Notes under the pieces: generated by a model | What the model was told of the DNA's origin: nothing | What the model saw: the letters and a program-made list of their open reading frames with translations, nothing else | The model's database searches: none | In this document: positions 11,976 to 24,046 of the stretch, piece by piece | How positions within the stretch are numbered: the first letter of the stretch is position 1 | How the letters are laid out: the number at the start of each line of letters is the position of its first letter | Program-made: the position numbers and the translations under genes | Assembly (NCBI RefSeq): GCF_037042905.1 | Contig: NC_087245.1 | Span: 29,574,001 to 29,638,000, forward strand | Source: Lytechinus pictus | Lineage: Eukaryota | Reading direction: 5' to 3' | Length of the DNA stretch: 64,000 bases

Positions 11976-14458
11976 AAAACAAATTTCCCCAAAACAAAAT
12001 CACATATTTCTCGAAATTCATTGGTATTCCTTGGAATTTTCCATTTTTTTACCGTTTAAAATAAATTCGGACAATGATGCAGCTAGCCGGAAGTAGGCCT
12101 ATAAATGCATAAATTGTTGACCAGAAATAAAGCAATTCAAGACCTCTTTCATTGTCCAATCAGTTCCTAAACTTGTGATAAAATTAATAATGCAAGCATT
12201 AAAGCGCAAGATAATATTGGGCAACATATATTGAGGCAATTATTCTAGAAATATGAAACTTTTTACTTTCAAATATCATTTGGAATTTTCGAATTTCCCT
12301 TAATTACCTGGTATTTTAATCTTCCTGAAAATTACAGAGAAAAGGTCGAGATTTCCCAGTATTTGGGTTATTTCCTGGACAGTAGAGACATTGAACTCTG
12401 TTGAACAAAATGTGAAATAGTTGAAATATATTTTAATGATTCATTGTTCATCGCACCTTTCTGGGAAAATAAAAATGTTTGAGGGCAGAAGAGAACTGAA
12501 CGACATCTTACAGAATATGGGTTTATCAAAAATAAATGAATATAGCATGATATCTCGTAGATGCCTGTAACTAGGAGATACAAGTAGCATGCTTCATGTA
12601 CATTTTCTTTTATTCACACAAAGAAATTAGTTTTTGTAATATATTTCAAAGACCTCCATCCGAGTTATATTTAAGTATAATGCAAGTGCAAGGCAAGTCA
12701 AACGCAAGTCAGGGATGCATGTTAACTGGTTAGTTGTGAATCTTCTTGTATTCTTTGAATATTTGTTGTGTAATCCCATTCACAGAATACCTACTCACTA
12801 GCTAATCCTATTCAAATATCAATGATTAGTGCTTACACCTATTGCAAAACACCTTTATTGTGCTATACAGAGAGTAGGAGATGATCTCTTAATAAACTCA
12901 TAATACAAGGGTGAAGAAGATATTTTTTAATATTTTGTCACAGATTAAAAGCATCAGAAACAATCACTATTTAATATTGTCAATATTACTTGGAAAACCA
13001 AGATTCTGTCTGATTATTTTTTTTCCCAATAAATGCAATTCCATAATAAACAAGATTCTTAAAAACTACATTAAAAATTGTGGTAAAAAATGAAAGGAAT
13101 AGATTCTGAAATAATGGAAATTGACACTATATTGTTTTTACAGTGCGCCAGCCCAGCAGCACTGCTGGCCAAAATCAGAATATGAACAAATGGACAACCT
13201 CCGAGTCATACTCTTAATAATGTCACAAAATATTTCTACTATTATCTCTGACAAAATTTGCATGATAATTATTACTCTAAAGTGAAGTGCCATGCTGCCC
13301 ATTCACTTCACTAAAAAAAACACTAAAGCTAATGAAAAACAATCATGAGCCTGCAAGACCTCATAATTTTATGAGTTTTAATATTTGCACTTGCCCTGAA
13401 TGTAGCTAAAATAAATAATTACTTGAACATGAATGCACTACAACTATTTTTGGCACAAGGTCTACATTAATGATCAAGATTCTGCCTATTCCTTCGATAA
13501 TTAATCATAACTTTTTCTAGGAGGAACAACCATAGTAGACAATTCTTATTCTTGATATTGTGAGCAACTGTCAACCATTCTTCACTATAGGCTAATGTGC
13601 CAATAGAATACTGGCAACAAGACACAAAAAGGGGCGCCTTTGAGCATTATCATCTCAACCAAAAGGAAAAGTGGCGAACAAAAAGGAAGATATAGGTCGG
13701 CTCCACGAAGCTTAACCAAAGCACGTTCAAAAAAGTTAGTGAACCTGTGTAAGTTTGCCAGTATGACAATCAACACAGACTGTACAAAAGAGAAGCAAAC
13801 TTGGCAACAGTTTGATATTGGCAACGCTGAACAGATATACAATTGACAAATGCAGACAATGATTATGAATAATATTCAAAATTTCAGCTCTTTCATCTTC
13901 CTTTCTTTATGCGGCTTCAATCTGCCTGCAACACTAGCTTGCGGTTGAAAAGAATATGTTTTTGGAGTATTTGCAAAGCCTAAATCTTCTTGATCAGATT
14001 TTAAAATAAAGACCTCCTATTTCAATGAAGTGAGTAATTGACTAGCGTGAACAGTGAGCAGGGATGTGAGAGACTGACTATTGGTCCTCTGGTTGCTTAC
14101 CTACAAGCATTCATGCTTTCTTGGCACCAGGGTTAGCCTTTACACAAGTCTCTGCGTCTGCTATAACGTGTATATCAGAAACAGAGCGACTAATAAAACA
14201 AGACTACGGTAATCACTAAAAACCCTAGTGAACCGAGAAAAACCAAGGAGCCTGGCTCGGATGTCTTATGTAACAATCACAGTGAGCCAGACTGGTTTGG
14301 GTGATTCGCCGTTTTTTCGCCGTTTTTTCTCCCTTTTTTCTCCCTTTTTCCCAACAGAAAAACGGCTAGAAAACGGCTAAAAAACGGCGACAAAAAAAGT
14401 GTACCGACTATGGAAAGCTAACTGTATGCAACAATGATTTTTATCAGAATAAAATAGT

Positions 14459-14700
14459 GAATACCTCCCTTCGAGAAAACGGCTACAAAACGGCTAATAA
14501 AGGGCGAATACCTCCATTGTGGGAAACGGCTACAAAACGGCTAATAAATGGCGAATACCTTTCTTGTGGAAAACGGCTACAAAACGGCTAATAAAGGGCG
14601 AATATCTCCCTTGTGGAAAACGGCTACAAAATGACTAATATAAGGGTGAATACCCCCATCGGTAAAAAAGCCTTCAAAACTGCTAATAAATGACGAAAGG
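14459..14700 (+). repeat. 47-bp tandem repeat, about 5 copies (subterminal array)
   Basis: Unit gaatacctcccttgtggaaaacggctacaaaacggctaataaagggc. Confidence 0.85.
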
Positions 14701-15518
14701 CACAAAAAAGTAATAAAACTAGTAATAAATAGGACTTAACAAGTAAAAATCAGCAAATAATGTTGTACCACACAAGCTGGTGAGTGCATGTACTTGAGAC
14801 AACTTGGAATAACATTCATACTATCGTAATGTATGGTAGTGGATAATACCGAACAATCTTAAGTTTTTTCAATCATATCAAACCTTTTCTTAAAATTCAT
14901 CAAAATTCCACCATAAAGTAATCACAAATACCTACTAAAAATAAGAATTTTAAAATGGCTGAAATCAATTGGCCTATATCTGAAAAAAAAATTCTCAGCT
15001 TCCGATTTCGCCCCTCTTCGCGTGTGAAATCTTTTGTCACTTGTGGTTCGTATACCAAACACATGTTTTCTGCTGTCATAAGAGAATTAACAAAAATCTA
15101 TAATTAATTCATTTTCACCGTATTTTGTTATGTTTAGAAAATTGATACTTCATAAATATGATTTATTTTCATCATTTTTTCTTTTGGAAAGATGCTGCAA
15201 TGTGCTAAATGTATTAAATTATACTGTACTGTATTATTTTCTTTATCTTGCCACTTGTTACGATCGTTTGCGTTTGCGAAGTGGGAATGGCCGCACCCTT
15301 TCGAGAAAACCAGGATAGCTTTTCTCGAAAGGGTGGGATGAGGGAAGGGAGTCAAATAAACACACCTTCTCGGGACAACCAGGGGAGCTTTTCACGAAAG
15401 GCTGTGTTTAATAGTTTTCTGAGCCAGTTGTTTCTATGAAAATTATTCATCAAATAATAACAACAACATAATATTAATATAGGCGATTGGTAGAAATGCA
15501 CATATGGGGGGGGGGGGC

Positions 15519-15725
15519 CTGTTACACCCATAAATGTGAAAATCGCTCACAAATGTAATAACACTTTACCCACAAATGTAACAACGTCCAAAAATGTAAT
15601 AACACTTTACCCACAAATGTAATAATTTAACCCACAAATGTATTAATGCACTTTACCCACAAATGTTATAATTTTTGATCGCCCACAAATGTAATAATGA
15701 CTTTACCCAAAAATGTAATAAATTT
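15519..15725 (+). repeat. cccacaaatgtaataa minisatellite, probably the left arm of a truncated TGT-terminal element
   Basis: Starts tgttacaccc, followed by about 8 imperfect 20-26-bp units. No matching inverted arm found. Confidence 0.7.
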
Positions 15726-16620
15726 GAAGGGATTTGATCCGTTCTAAACTAAAATCTATAGTAATACGTTGATAAAGCACAAAAGTGCACAAAAGTCTTT
15801 TTCCAGACCCGGTTGTTTCAAAAAGTATAATAGTCCAAAGTCTTTTTTCCAGACCCAGTTGTTTCAGAAATTATAATATAAGTCTAGTCTTATTTCCAGA
15901 ACCGGGTCTGGAAAAAATTATTTGTCCTTTTTATATCATAATTCTTAAAAAGAAAATTTCCTCCTTCTTTATACATTTACACACATAATATGTTTATCAA
16001 GAAAAAAAATAATTATGTTATCGTCATCATCATCACGGCCGCCATCAAAATCATTACCACCACCATCATTCTCGTCCTCTTCTTCCTCTTTATCCCCCTT
16101 CATTATCACCACTATCATTATTTAATTACATCACAAATACACTATCATCCTCGATTATCATTCCGTTTTAACAAACGCTGACTATTGTAGTAGGTCCGTG
16201 ATTGGACAATGTGGTTTGGGGGATTCATCCGGGTTGAAGAAACACAACGAGAGATCACAAGTGATCATTGCGTAACTTAAATTGAAACAGATTCTTCTTA
16301 TTGTTAGGTGTTCACTGCAATCTTCACACCTTCCATTGTTCACAAAACGTGCGAGACGGTGTAATTAATTGACCCCAGTGAAGTCGCAACAGCTAGGGCA
16401 TTCACTCCAAAGCTTCTGTTATACATTTTAAAAGTTATCTTTCCTATAAAACGAAGTAGCTCAAGTGCATTGGGGTCTTTAACACTATAAAACACAGTTT
16501 TGACCAATATACCAACGAGATCGAACCAGCTCATGACATCATGGAGGCTGATGTATGCCTCCCCAAGAATTAAAGTATATCGAAGTGGTTTGTTGGATAC
16601 TACTTAGGCCTACATGACCA

Positions 16621-16752
16621 ATGGCCCAGTCACATTTCCCTTACGGCGGGTCAAACACATCCGTTAAGACTTTTTTGTACCATCTAAACATTAATAAAAC
16701 GGCTGTTTTCGACTCGCCATACGCCGCGGTAGGGGAAATGTGACTGCAGCAT
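16621..16752. mobile_element. Small TIR MITE nested in the CMC element
   Basis: TIR cagtcacatttccc / gggaaatgtgactg. Confidence 0.7.
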
Positions 16753-16789
16753 CAGGAACATGAAAAGTGCCTTTCGCATTATCATGCGA

Positions 16790-17130
16790 GAGTGAAAGCA
16801 AGAAAAGAATGAAAGAAAGGAAGAAATATGGAATGACAGAAAGAATGAAAAGAGAAGAGGAGAGGAAGGGAACCAAAAAATATAAGGAAAGAAAGAAGAA
16901 AGGAAATAAAAGGAAAGTAAGAAAAGGAAGGAAGGGAAGAAAAAAAATGAACAGAGAGAGAGAAAGGATCAGGAAAGAAAGCTAGGAAAGATTTGAAATA
17001 AGATAGAACAAAAAAAAGCAAGCAGGAAGGATAGAAGAAAGGATGAAGAAAAAAGAAAGAAAAGAAAGAAAATGAACGAAAGAAAGCAATAAAGAAAGAA
17101 ATGAAGAAAGGATTAAAGAGGAAAAAAATT
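16790..17130. repeat. (AAAG/AAGG)n-like low-complexity tract
   Basis: Degenerate purine microsatellite. Source of the K/R/E-rich pseudo-ORF. Confidence 0.85.
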
Positions 17131-18449
17131 AACCTTCAAGCAAACAAAACAAATGTAATCATCTAACAAAAAATCTTACAGATATTTGTCTTTTTTATGA
17201 TATATTTAAAAATTGTTAGAAAACTAAAATGTTTTAGAAACAAATAAAATTTGAAGGTGAAACATTGTCAAACTTTAATAAAATGAACATCGCGGCATCA
17301 CACCATCTCTATCTCTATTTGTCTTGTCTTATTGTTATCGGTGCGAACACGAAAAAGACTCATTTTCACTCAAAACAAAAGCTGAAACAACTAGATCGAT
17401 CTAGTAATGAAAACTCGATAACTTGCTTCTACGACTACATCACCAAATCATTAATCTGAGGATCCATATATGTTTAAATTTCCTGCCGATTTTGTGATTA
17501 TTTTGTTGGAAAAACTGTTAATCATGTGAGATTGTTCACTTTGATTCAGAGTTTGCAAATCTCCTCCGATCATGCAAGCCTGCCACACACCACACAGGCA
17601 GGCAGGCCAAGCCACGTGCGGCAGCTGGTACATGTACACTGTATGCTAACTTTGCGTGTGTGTGTGTCTGTGTGTAGATCCCAGAAAATCACGGAAAATG
17701 ACTTGCAGTTTGAATTGATCTGAGTTATTTTTTAACTTTGTTTTTTTTCTCTCTCTCTCTTCTGTATTTTTGCGTGAAATATGGGAGAACTTTGTAAACT
17801 TTAAGCATAATTACTTAATAGCGATTTGCATGAAAAAAATTACGATACAATTTTGTAGATTACTTCCCTGACAACCTGCGTGCCAATATTCGGCGGGAGA
17901 AATTTTGCATTTTTTTAGTAAATAGGGCAAATTTAAGCTCTTTAACTACATTCGACTTTGAATGATTTATTGTTCTCCATCATAAAAGACCACAAATAGT
18001 AGAGGGGGATTTGATATTATGCCCCCCTTTCCAAAAAGTGAGGGACACGTCCCCCTCGGGTTCCCGCCCATGAAGAAGGGAAAATAAGAGTAAAGAATAA
18101 AGTATTCAAAGAAGTTTCAATCCAATTCAATTACATTTTATTTTCATCTGATTGACATTTTATCAAATTCCACATGAAATATAAAAAATGTTGAAATAAA
18201 ACAATTATATGTAAATAAGATTTATGAAAGAAGGCGTAACCCCCCCCCCCCCGAAAGTAAAATAAAAATTGTTTACATGAATGAAATGAGAATTATTATT
18301 AAATATTACCCATGAAAACTAGAGCTTATTTCCAAAAGGAGTTCTTCAGAAAATCTGAAGTTGGCAGAAAAATTGCAAATATATATTCTACGTCTTCTAG
18401 TCACTTTTTCTCAATGCATATCACACATTTTCACATTTCTTTTTGCCAT

Positions 18450-18840
18450 TTTATGCAATGCACTTCGTACTACCCATTCGCCCTTTTCTTTTTTTTCTAA
18501 CTTTTTTGCTGTTTCATGCTCTCACCTCTTACTACTCAGCTGCCCTTTTCTCTCCGTTGTCCCGCCACTTTCTCTCCCTTTCATGCAATGCACTCCCTGG
18601 GACCCATTCACAATTTCCTCTCCGTTTATGCACTGCACGCCTTATACCCATTCGCCCTTTTGTCTCCGTTTTCTCGCCCTTTTTTCTCCGTTTTATGCAA
18701 CGCGCGCCTTACTACCCATTCGCCCTTTTGTCTCCGTTTTCTCGCCCTTTTCTCTCCGTTTATTAGCCGTTTTCTTTCAGTATCTTCACTCCTCTAACAG
18801 GATCCTCGTCCTTATCATTCGCCGTTTTCTCGCCGTTTTC
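18450..18840 (+). repeat. Tandem subterminal repeats (about 60 bp) of the CMC element
   Basis: Recurring atgca..gc..ctta(c)tacccattcgccctttt(g)tctccgttttctcgccc. Confidence 0.7.
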
Positions 18841-20213
18841 ATGGGGAAATCAATAGCTCCGCTAATATTAAACAATCATGGCACTCCATAATAATTCAAG
18901 ATTTATGTAAGAAACCTAATGTAGCCGTTTTTTGGCCGTTTTTTCTCCAAAAATTCTCCCTTTCTTCGCCCTTTTCTAGCCGTTTTCAAAACGGCGAAAA
19001 AACTGCAACTTTGAATTTCCCATAGGTTATAACACACAAAACGGCGAAAAAAGGGCGAAAAAACTGCAGTGGCTCACTGTGAATAATTCCCACCTTGAAC
19101 CCTCTACCAGAGAGGTAGAAGCCAATTGGTGGAGGTATCACTCGCATCAATGAACCCGCAGTCAGAAGGGAATATACTGGTCTAATGACGTCACCAGCTT
19201 TGACAATGCGGATTGGCTCATCGGCATGCTCATGAATAATTCATACCTTCACGTCTCCTCCAGAATCCTATTGCGCGTTCACCAGGGTGTCACTAGTCGT
19301 GTCTAAGCCATTACTTCACAACGAATAAAGACAAATCACAAGGCCTTGTGAAAATGCTACAATCGGGTAAAATAACCACCAAAACCCTGAGTAGTAAGAC
19401 ATTTTCTCTTAAAATATACATATACATATATTCATATATAAATCAGAATAATGCTTACTGAGTCACAGAATCTGTGGAGAAAGAATAGGCCTATATTATA
19501 CAGCACAGCCTACCCCTAAACCGGATAAAATCATATGCAAGTTTCATAAATTTGCTTGGTCCAAATTTTTATAATTTACAAGTAGACTCTAGGCCTATTT
19601 AATAACAATTAACAGATATGCCTATTTACGAATATTGGAATACCATTGCATTAGGCACAATCAATCTCTTTCTTTTTTTAGGGGGTAGGGGCATTGCATA
19701 TCAGGAAAGTAAAAATGCAGAATTTCCTAACTGAAAATGCCCTCTTTATTCAGCAACTACTGCAAAAGTCATTTACTGTATGCCCAGATATGAATATGAC
19801 CCGAAATACTCAATGTACATGTACATGTTGAATTGCAAAGAAAACTTGCAGTTCCATACACTCTGGGGTTAATTTGAGATGCCAAAGCAAGGAAAACCTT
19901 ATGGAATGTACACAAAGGCTTACAACACCATGACCTCCCCCATCCATACTATGCAGGACTATGTACACAATCCTGCACAACAGCTGTTGTGGTGGCGAAA
20001 ACTAGGCTAACACTATTCAGATGACTGTAAAACCCCCTCCTGATACCCGCTAGTCTATGACCTGCGAGCGTTTTTATTTTCCCCTTTTTTTCAGGGGGGG
20101 GGGGGGGGGTCGTTGTTTTTTTCAAGATTGGGACCGAAGCATGAATTTGAAAACAGGGCTAATAGTGACCTACATGTAGTACAGCTGATCTCAAACTTGC
20201 TAGACATTCTACA

Positions 20214-20325
20214 TGAAAGTGCCTACAATTTGATTATATTCAGTTACAATGATGGAATGGATTTTATTGAAAGTGCCTACAATTTGATTATATTCAGTTA
20301 CAATGATGGAATGGATTTTATTGAA
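20214..20325 (+). repeat. Perfect 54-bp tandem duplication
   Basis: gaaagtgcctacaatttgattatattcagttacaatgatggaatggattttatt at 20215 and 20269. Confidence 0.95.
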
Positions 20326-20400
20326 CTGGTTGAAAATTAACTTGAAATCGCTGAAGGTGATTAATATCCACAATCAAACAACCAACTACAATAGTCTCAT

Positions 20401-21129
20401 CGGGGGGGGGGGGGTCACTCACCACATATTGTGCTACCCACGCGCGTCCACGCACTTAAAAAATGGACCCTAAATGGTGTAAACCCCACGCAAACCTGGT
20501 CCAACAAAAACACACCCTAAATGGCGCAAACAGGGTAAAAAATCTACCCTAAATGGCGTACACGAGTAAACAAATATACCCTAAATGGCGTAACCCCCGC
20601 ATAAAAAATATAGGCCTACCCTAAATGGCGTTACATTCCACCACTACAGACAGTGCCATACCAACATGGCCGTATGCAGGAGGCAGTTGCCCCCCCCAAA
20701 AAAAAAAAAAAAAAAAAATTGAAAACTTACATATTTTACTGGAAAAATTTCACAAAATTCACCAAAAGTATGCAAGAAATCTTTCAATTCCACTTTAAAG
20801 AGAGTAAAAGCGCCCCTATGACAAGCTTGGTCGCTTCGCTCCCTCGCTTTTGAGTTAAAAAAAAAAAACTTACGCGTGCTGGCCCCCAGCGAAAAATTTC
20901 TGTGTACAGCCATGCATGCCAATAATGTGTAATTGAATGTATACAGTATATAAATACAAGTTTAGTACCCTAAACGTCGAAAACAGCACTTGAAGCTGAA
21001 GAACACCTTCTTTTAGAAAAACGCAGACGAAGTTGAAGGGCTGAAAACAGACCCTTTTCGATGCTTTTTGTGGAAGCACGTGCGTCTTACATGATATGGC
21101 GAGTGACCTCCCCCCCCCCCCCCCCCCGG
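20401..21129. mobile_element. Poly-G/poly-C-ended MITE (MULE-like)
   Basis: Ends C(G)n-tcactc / gagtgac..(C)n-GG. TSD agtctcat at 20393-20400 and 21130-21137. Five internal accctaaatgg repeats. Confidence 0.85.
20665..20914. mobile_element. hAT-type MITE nested in the poly-G element
   Basis: TIR catggccgtatgcag / ctgtgtacagccatg. 8-bp TSD cataccaa / catgccaa. Confidence 0.8.
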
Positions 21130-21799
21130 AGTCTCATGTACAAAACAGGTGTAAAAGAAATTAACATATTTTCCTGATTTATTGCCTTTAATGGCAACAA
21201 AGTCTTTCATGTCTTCCCTCCAAGACCAATGATTGTACCATCTCTCTAATTAGCATTGGGCAAGAACTGAGAAAGTAATTTGCTCAGCTGGATATTTCCT
21301 TGATTTTTTCACTGATTTACTCCCATATTTATACCATGGTCATGTATGTACCTTTGATTATCTCCTATTTTTTTTAAATCATGGTCTGTTTTGTAACTAA
21401 GTTTACAGTTGTCTATTTGTTTAATGCAATCTATATTTGATGGATTTTTTTTGTGGACTTTATTTCTATGTTTTAGACCTCATGAAAATCGAATTCAAAA
21501 TATCTAACAAATAAATATTTAATATAAACTTGAGAACAAACCGTCTTCCTCAGAGTCCTATCAAATGCTGGAACAAAAGAGAAGCGCCTTGAATATCAAT
21601 GTCACAACTTGTACGTACAGCTTTGACATCAAGCTTTTGACAACAAGAATTCTATTTCCAATCTCTGACATGGCTTGCTGTGCATTGTTATGTAAACTGC
21701 CTCTGCCGCAATGACCCGAATCGAACAAGAAGTTGATACTGTACAACCAATCATGATAATTATGACAATGGGTGAAGTTATTTCGCATCACGTTGGTGC

Positions 21800-21990
21800 T
21801 AGTCTGCAAGCAGACTCAAATCTGACACTCACAAAATTACCCCATGTCTAGAGTGAAGACTAAACTCCAAACTCCACGTCTGTGACAAATAAGAAGCAGC
21901 CACAACACATCAGTAAAACCTAGTCTCACTACTTCAGACTCTGCAATATGCATAATATGAAACCAAAGGTCTGTGCCAGCAGACTACAGT
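21800..21990 (+). repeat. Left arm of a diverged inverted repeat (two TAGTCT...AGACTA modules)
   Basis: Reverse-complement similarity to 22945-23140. Confidence 0.7.
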
Positions 21991-22944
21991 AGTGCCAAGG
22001 CCTTAATTACAGGTAGGCCTAAACATCAGATTCTTTGAGCCATGCAAAATGATGTATGAATAATCGTTCTCCAGGCAGACTTGCAAGCGCAGAACAAATA
22101 AACCCTGTTGGAAAAATAAAAACCCATTCATCGATCATGACAAAAACACTGGTTATTGGAAAAACAGAATAACAGAAATCAATTTTGGTTCAGAGAAATT
22201 CAAAATTTTAGGGATCAAAGTGTAACATGAAGAATTAGCATAAAAACTTGTTTTGCAGAAACCAATAGAGAGAGAGGGAGAAACAAAATCACCAAATACA
22301 ATCATTTTTAAATTCTAAAATGATTTTGTTGACAGGCATTGGTATTAAAAGATAAACTCTTGTAGTACTGTTAACAACAGAAAATAAAATCTTATAATTC
22401 AACATAACTTACACACAATAATCTAAAAAAAATGATAAATAGATAACTGCCAAACAATTTTTCAGCAATATTTATGAATACAGAGTAATGAGCAAATGAA
22501 GATCAGAAAAAATGAGAAATGACTGAAAAATGCCAGTCTATTTATAAATGGTCCTACATGTTGATTCCTGTGTTAGCTACACCTTGATAAACATGTGGTA
22601 ATAAAATGAACATACTTCAAGAAAGCCTGAATTATTTGTTCAGTTCTAAATATTAAAGCATTCTGGCATATCATTAACACTTTAGGATTGCTTCCAATCA
22701 TTTCCTATCGAAAATAATTTTCTATACCAAAACAAACTTATTTTAAACAAAATATTTTTTTCCAAGTAGGATATGATGAAAGAACTAATATTTCATTTTT
22801 CAAATTTTACAAACTTGAGAAATACCCTATCATTTTTTAATGAATATTTCATCTAGCGGCAGCACCCACTATGCAATACCCCACTATCTGAGTTTGATAC
22901 ACAAATGCCAAATATTCATCTATTCTGCATGGATAGGGCCTACG

Positions 22945-23140
22945 GCTAGTCTGCGGGCACAGACCATTGGTTTTTTTGCATAGTGCATATTAAATACAGA
23001 GTCTAAAGTAGTGAGACTACTTTCATTCGTGTACTGTGGCTGGGTATTCAACACACACATAGGGTTTGAAGTGTAGTCTCGACCCTAGACACGGTGCTAT
23101 TTGTCAAAATTTTGAATTTAAGTCTACACATGCAGACTGG
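22945..23140 (-). repeat. Right arm of the diverged inverted repeat
   Basis: For example tagtctgcgggcacagacc...gagtctaaagtagtgagacta matches the reverse complement of 21921-21986. Confidence 0.7.
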
Positions 23141-24046
23141 TCTATGGCTGGCAGAGGCCAGCGTGTGCAATACAATGTGTGAAAAGTGCCGCATAGCACC
23201 ACCCCCTGGTTTCCCCCGCACTATAACGCAACAATCGAATACGTGTGCTTGCTATCCAAACTAGGACTCATTATACATCCCTCTCTTTGCATAGCCTGTT
23301 TGACATTCACATCTGGCTTGGGAAATATTACACATGAAGAGAATATTAATTGTCCATAAAATACTCTGCTGGATGATGAGCTATCACTATTTCACATCTC
23401 AATCAAACACGTCTGTACATTTGCTTTGATCATGCTCATTCTTAGTACCATTATACTCCCCTCTCCCCAACTATTTTCTGTACAAACATATTCTGTTTTA
23501 AATCAAAACCGATATAATTAGCATCTTATATCAGATTTTCAAAACCCTGGGTACAAAAAACCTGAAAATCAATATAATTCAGAATTCTGGCTTGATTTTA
23601 ACAGTGAACATTTATGTGAGCCTACTCCAGACCTCGCTGGCTCTTCCGAAAAAGTGAAATGGCACAATGGAACCCAAAAGTTAATTGCCGAGTAAGGTGT
23701 AGGCCCTAATGACTTTGTTTCAAGTGCGGTATCATAGGTTGGCCCTGTTACCTTTAAAGCACAATTTCTTCTGATGGCAATACTCACCAGTCATTACTAT
23801 TAAAGAAGATGAAATTCACAAATATCTCACTGGCATTTCAGCTCCCGCCCACCTGTTTCTATATATAGCAAACAGAGACTACAGTACCACTCTACCACTT
23901 TTTCAAAATAGTTCCCACTCCTGAAATTCATAACCAGTAGTCACCTTTTAATATTCCACCCACTCATGAATATACACAACAAGGCAATCAATGGGCTATT
24001 TGGTCACTGCTGGTCGATGGAAAGTAAAATATTACTCTTTTTATAT

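Larger units (their letters stand above)
14278..19081. mobile_element. 4.8-kb non-autonomous CMC (EnSpm/Chapaev3-like) DNA transposon with nested insertions
   Basis: Perfect 12-bp TIR CACAGTGAGCCA / TGGCTCACTGTG and a 3-bp TSD AAT. Dense subterminal aaaacggc(g/t)a repeats at both ends. No transposase ORF. Confidence 0.8.

Noticed and set aside
14096-14165. 60-nt minus-strand coding exon (tatag|...AG|GTAAGC)
   Set aside because: Stops occur in all three frames as an internal exon. It could only be a UTR or start exon (MNAC), which is unsupported.
14278-14320. Complete V(D)J recombination signal
   Set aside because: The heptamer is present but there is no ACAAAAACC nonamer at 12 or 23 bp on either end.
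14459-14700. CRISPR-like periodic array
   Set aside because: Units are contiguous with no unique spacers, the context is a eukaryotic transposon, and there are no cas genes.
16790-17130. Second AG-exclusion zone
   Set aside because: A simple AAAG-type repeat inside a transposon, interrupted by CT, with no adjacent exon signals.
18361-18891. 176-aa ORF
   Set aside because: Translates the subterminal tandem repeats of the CMC element.
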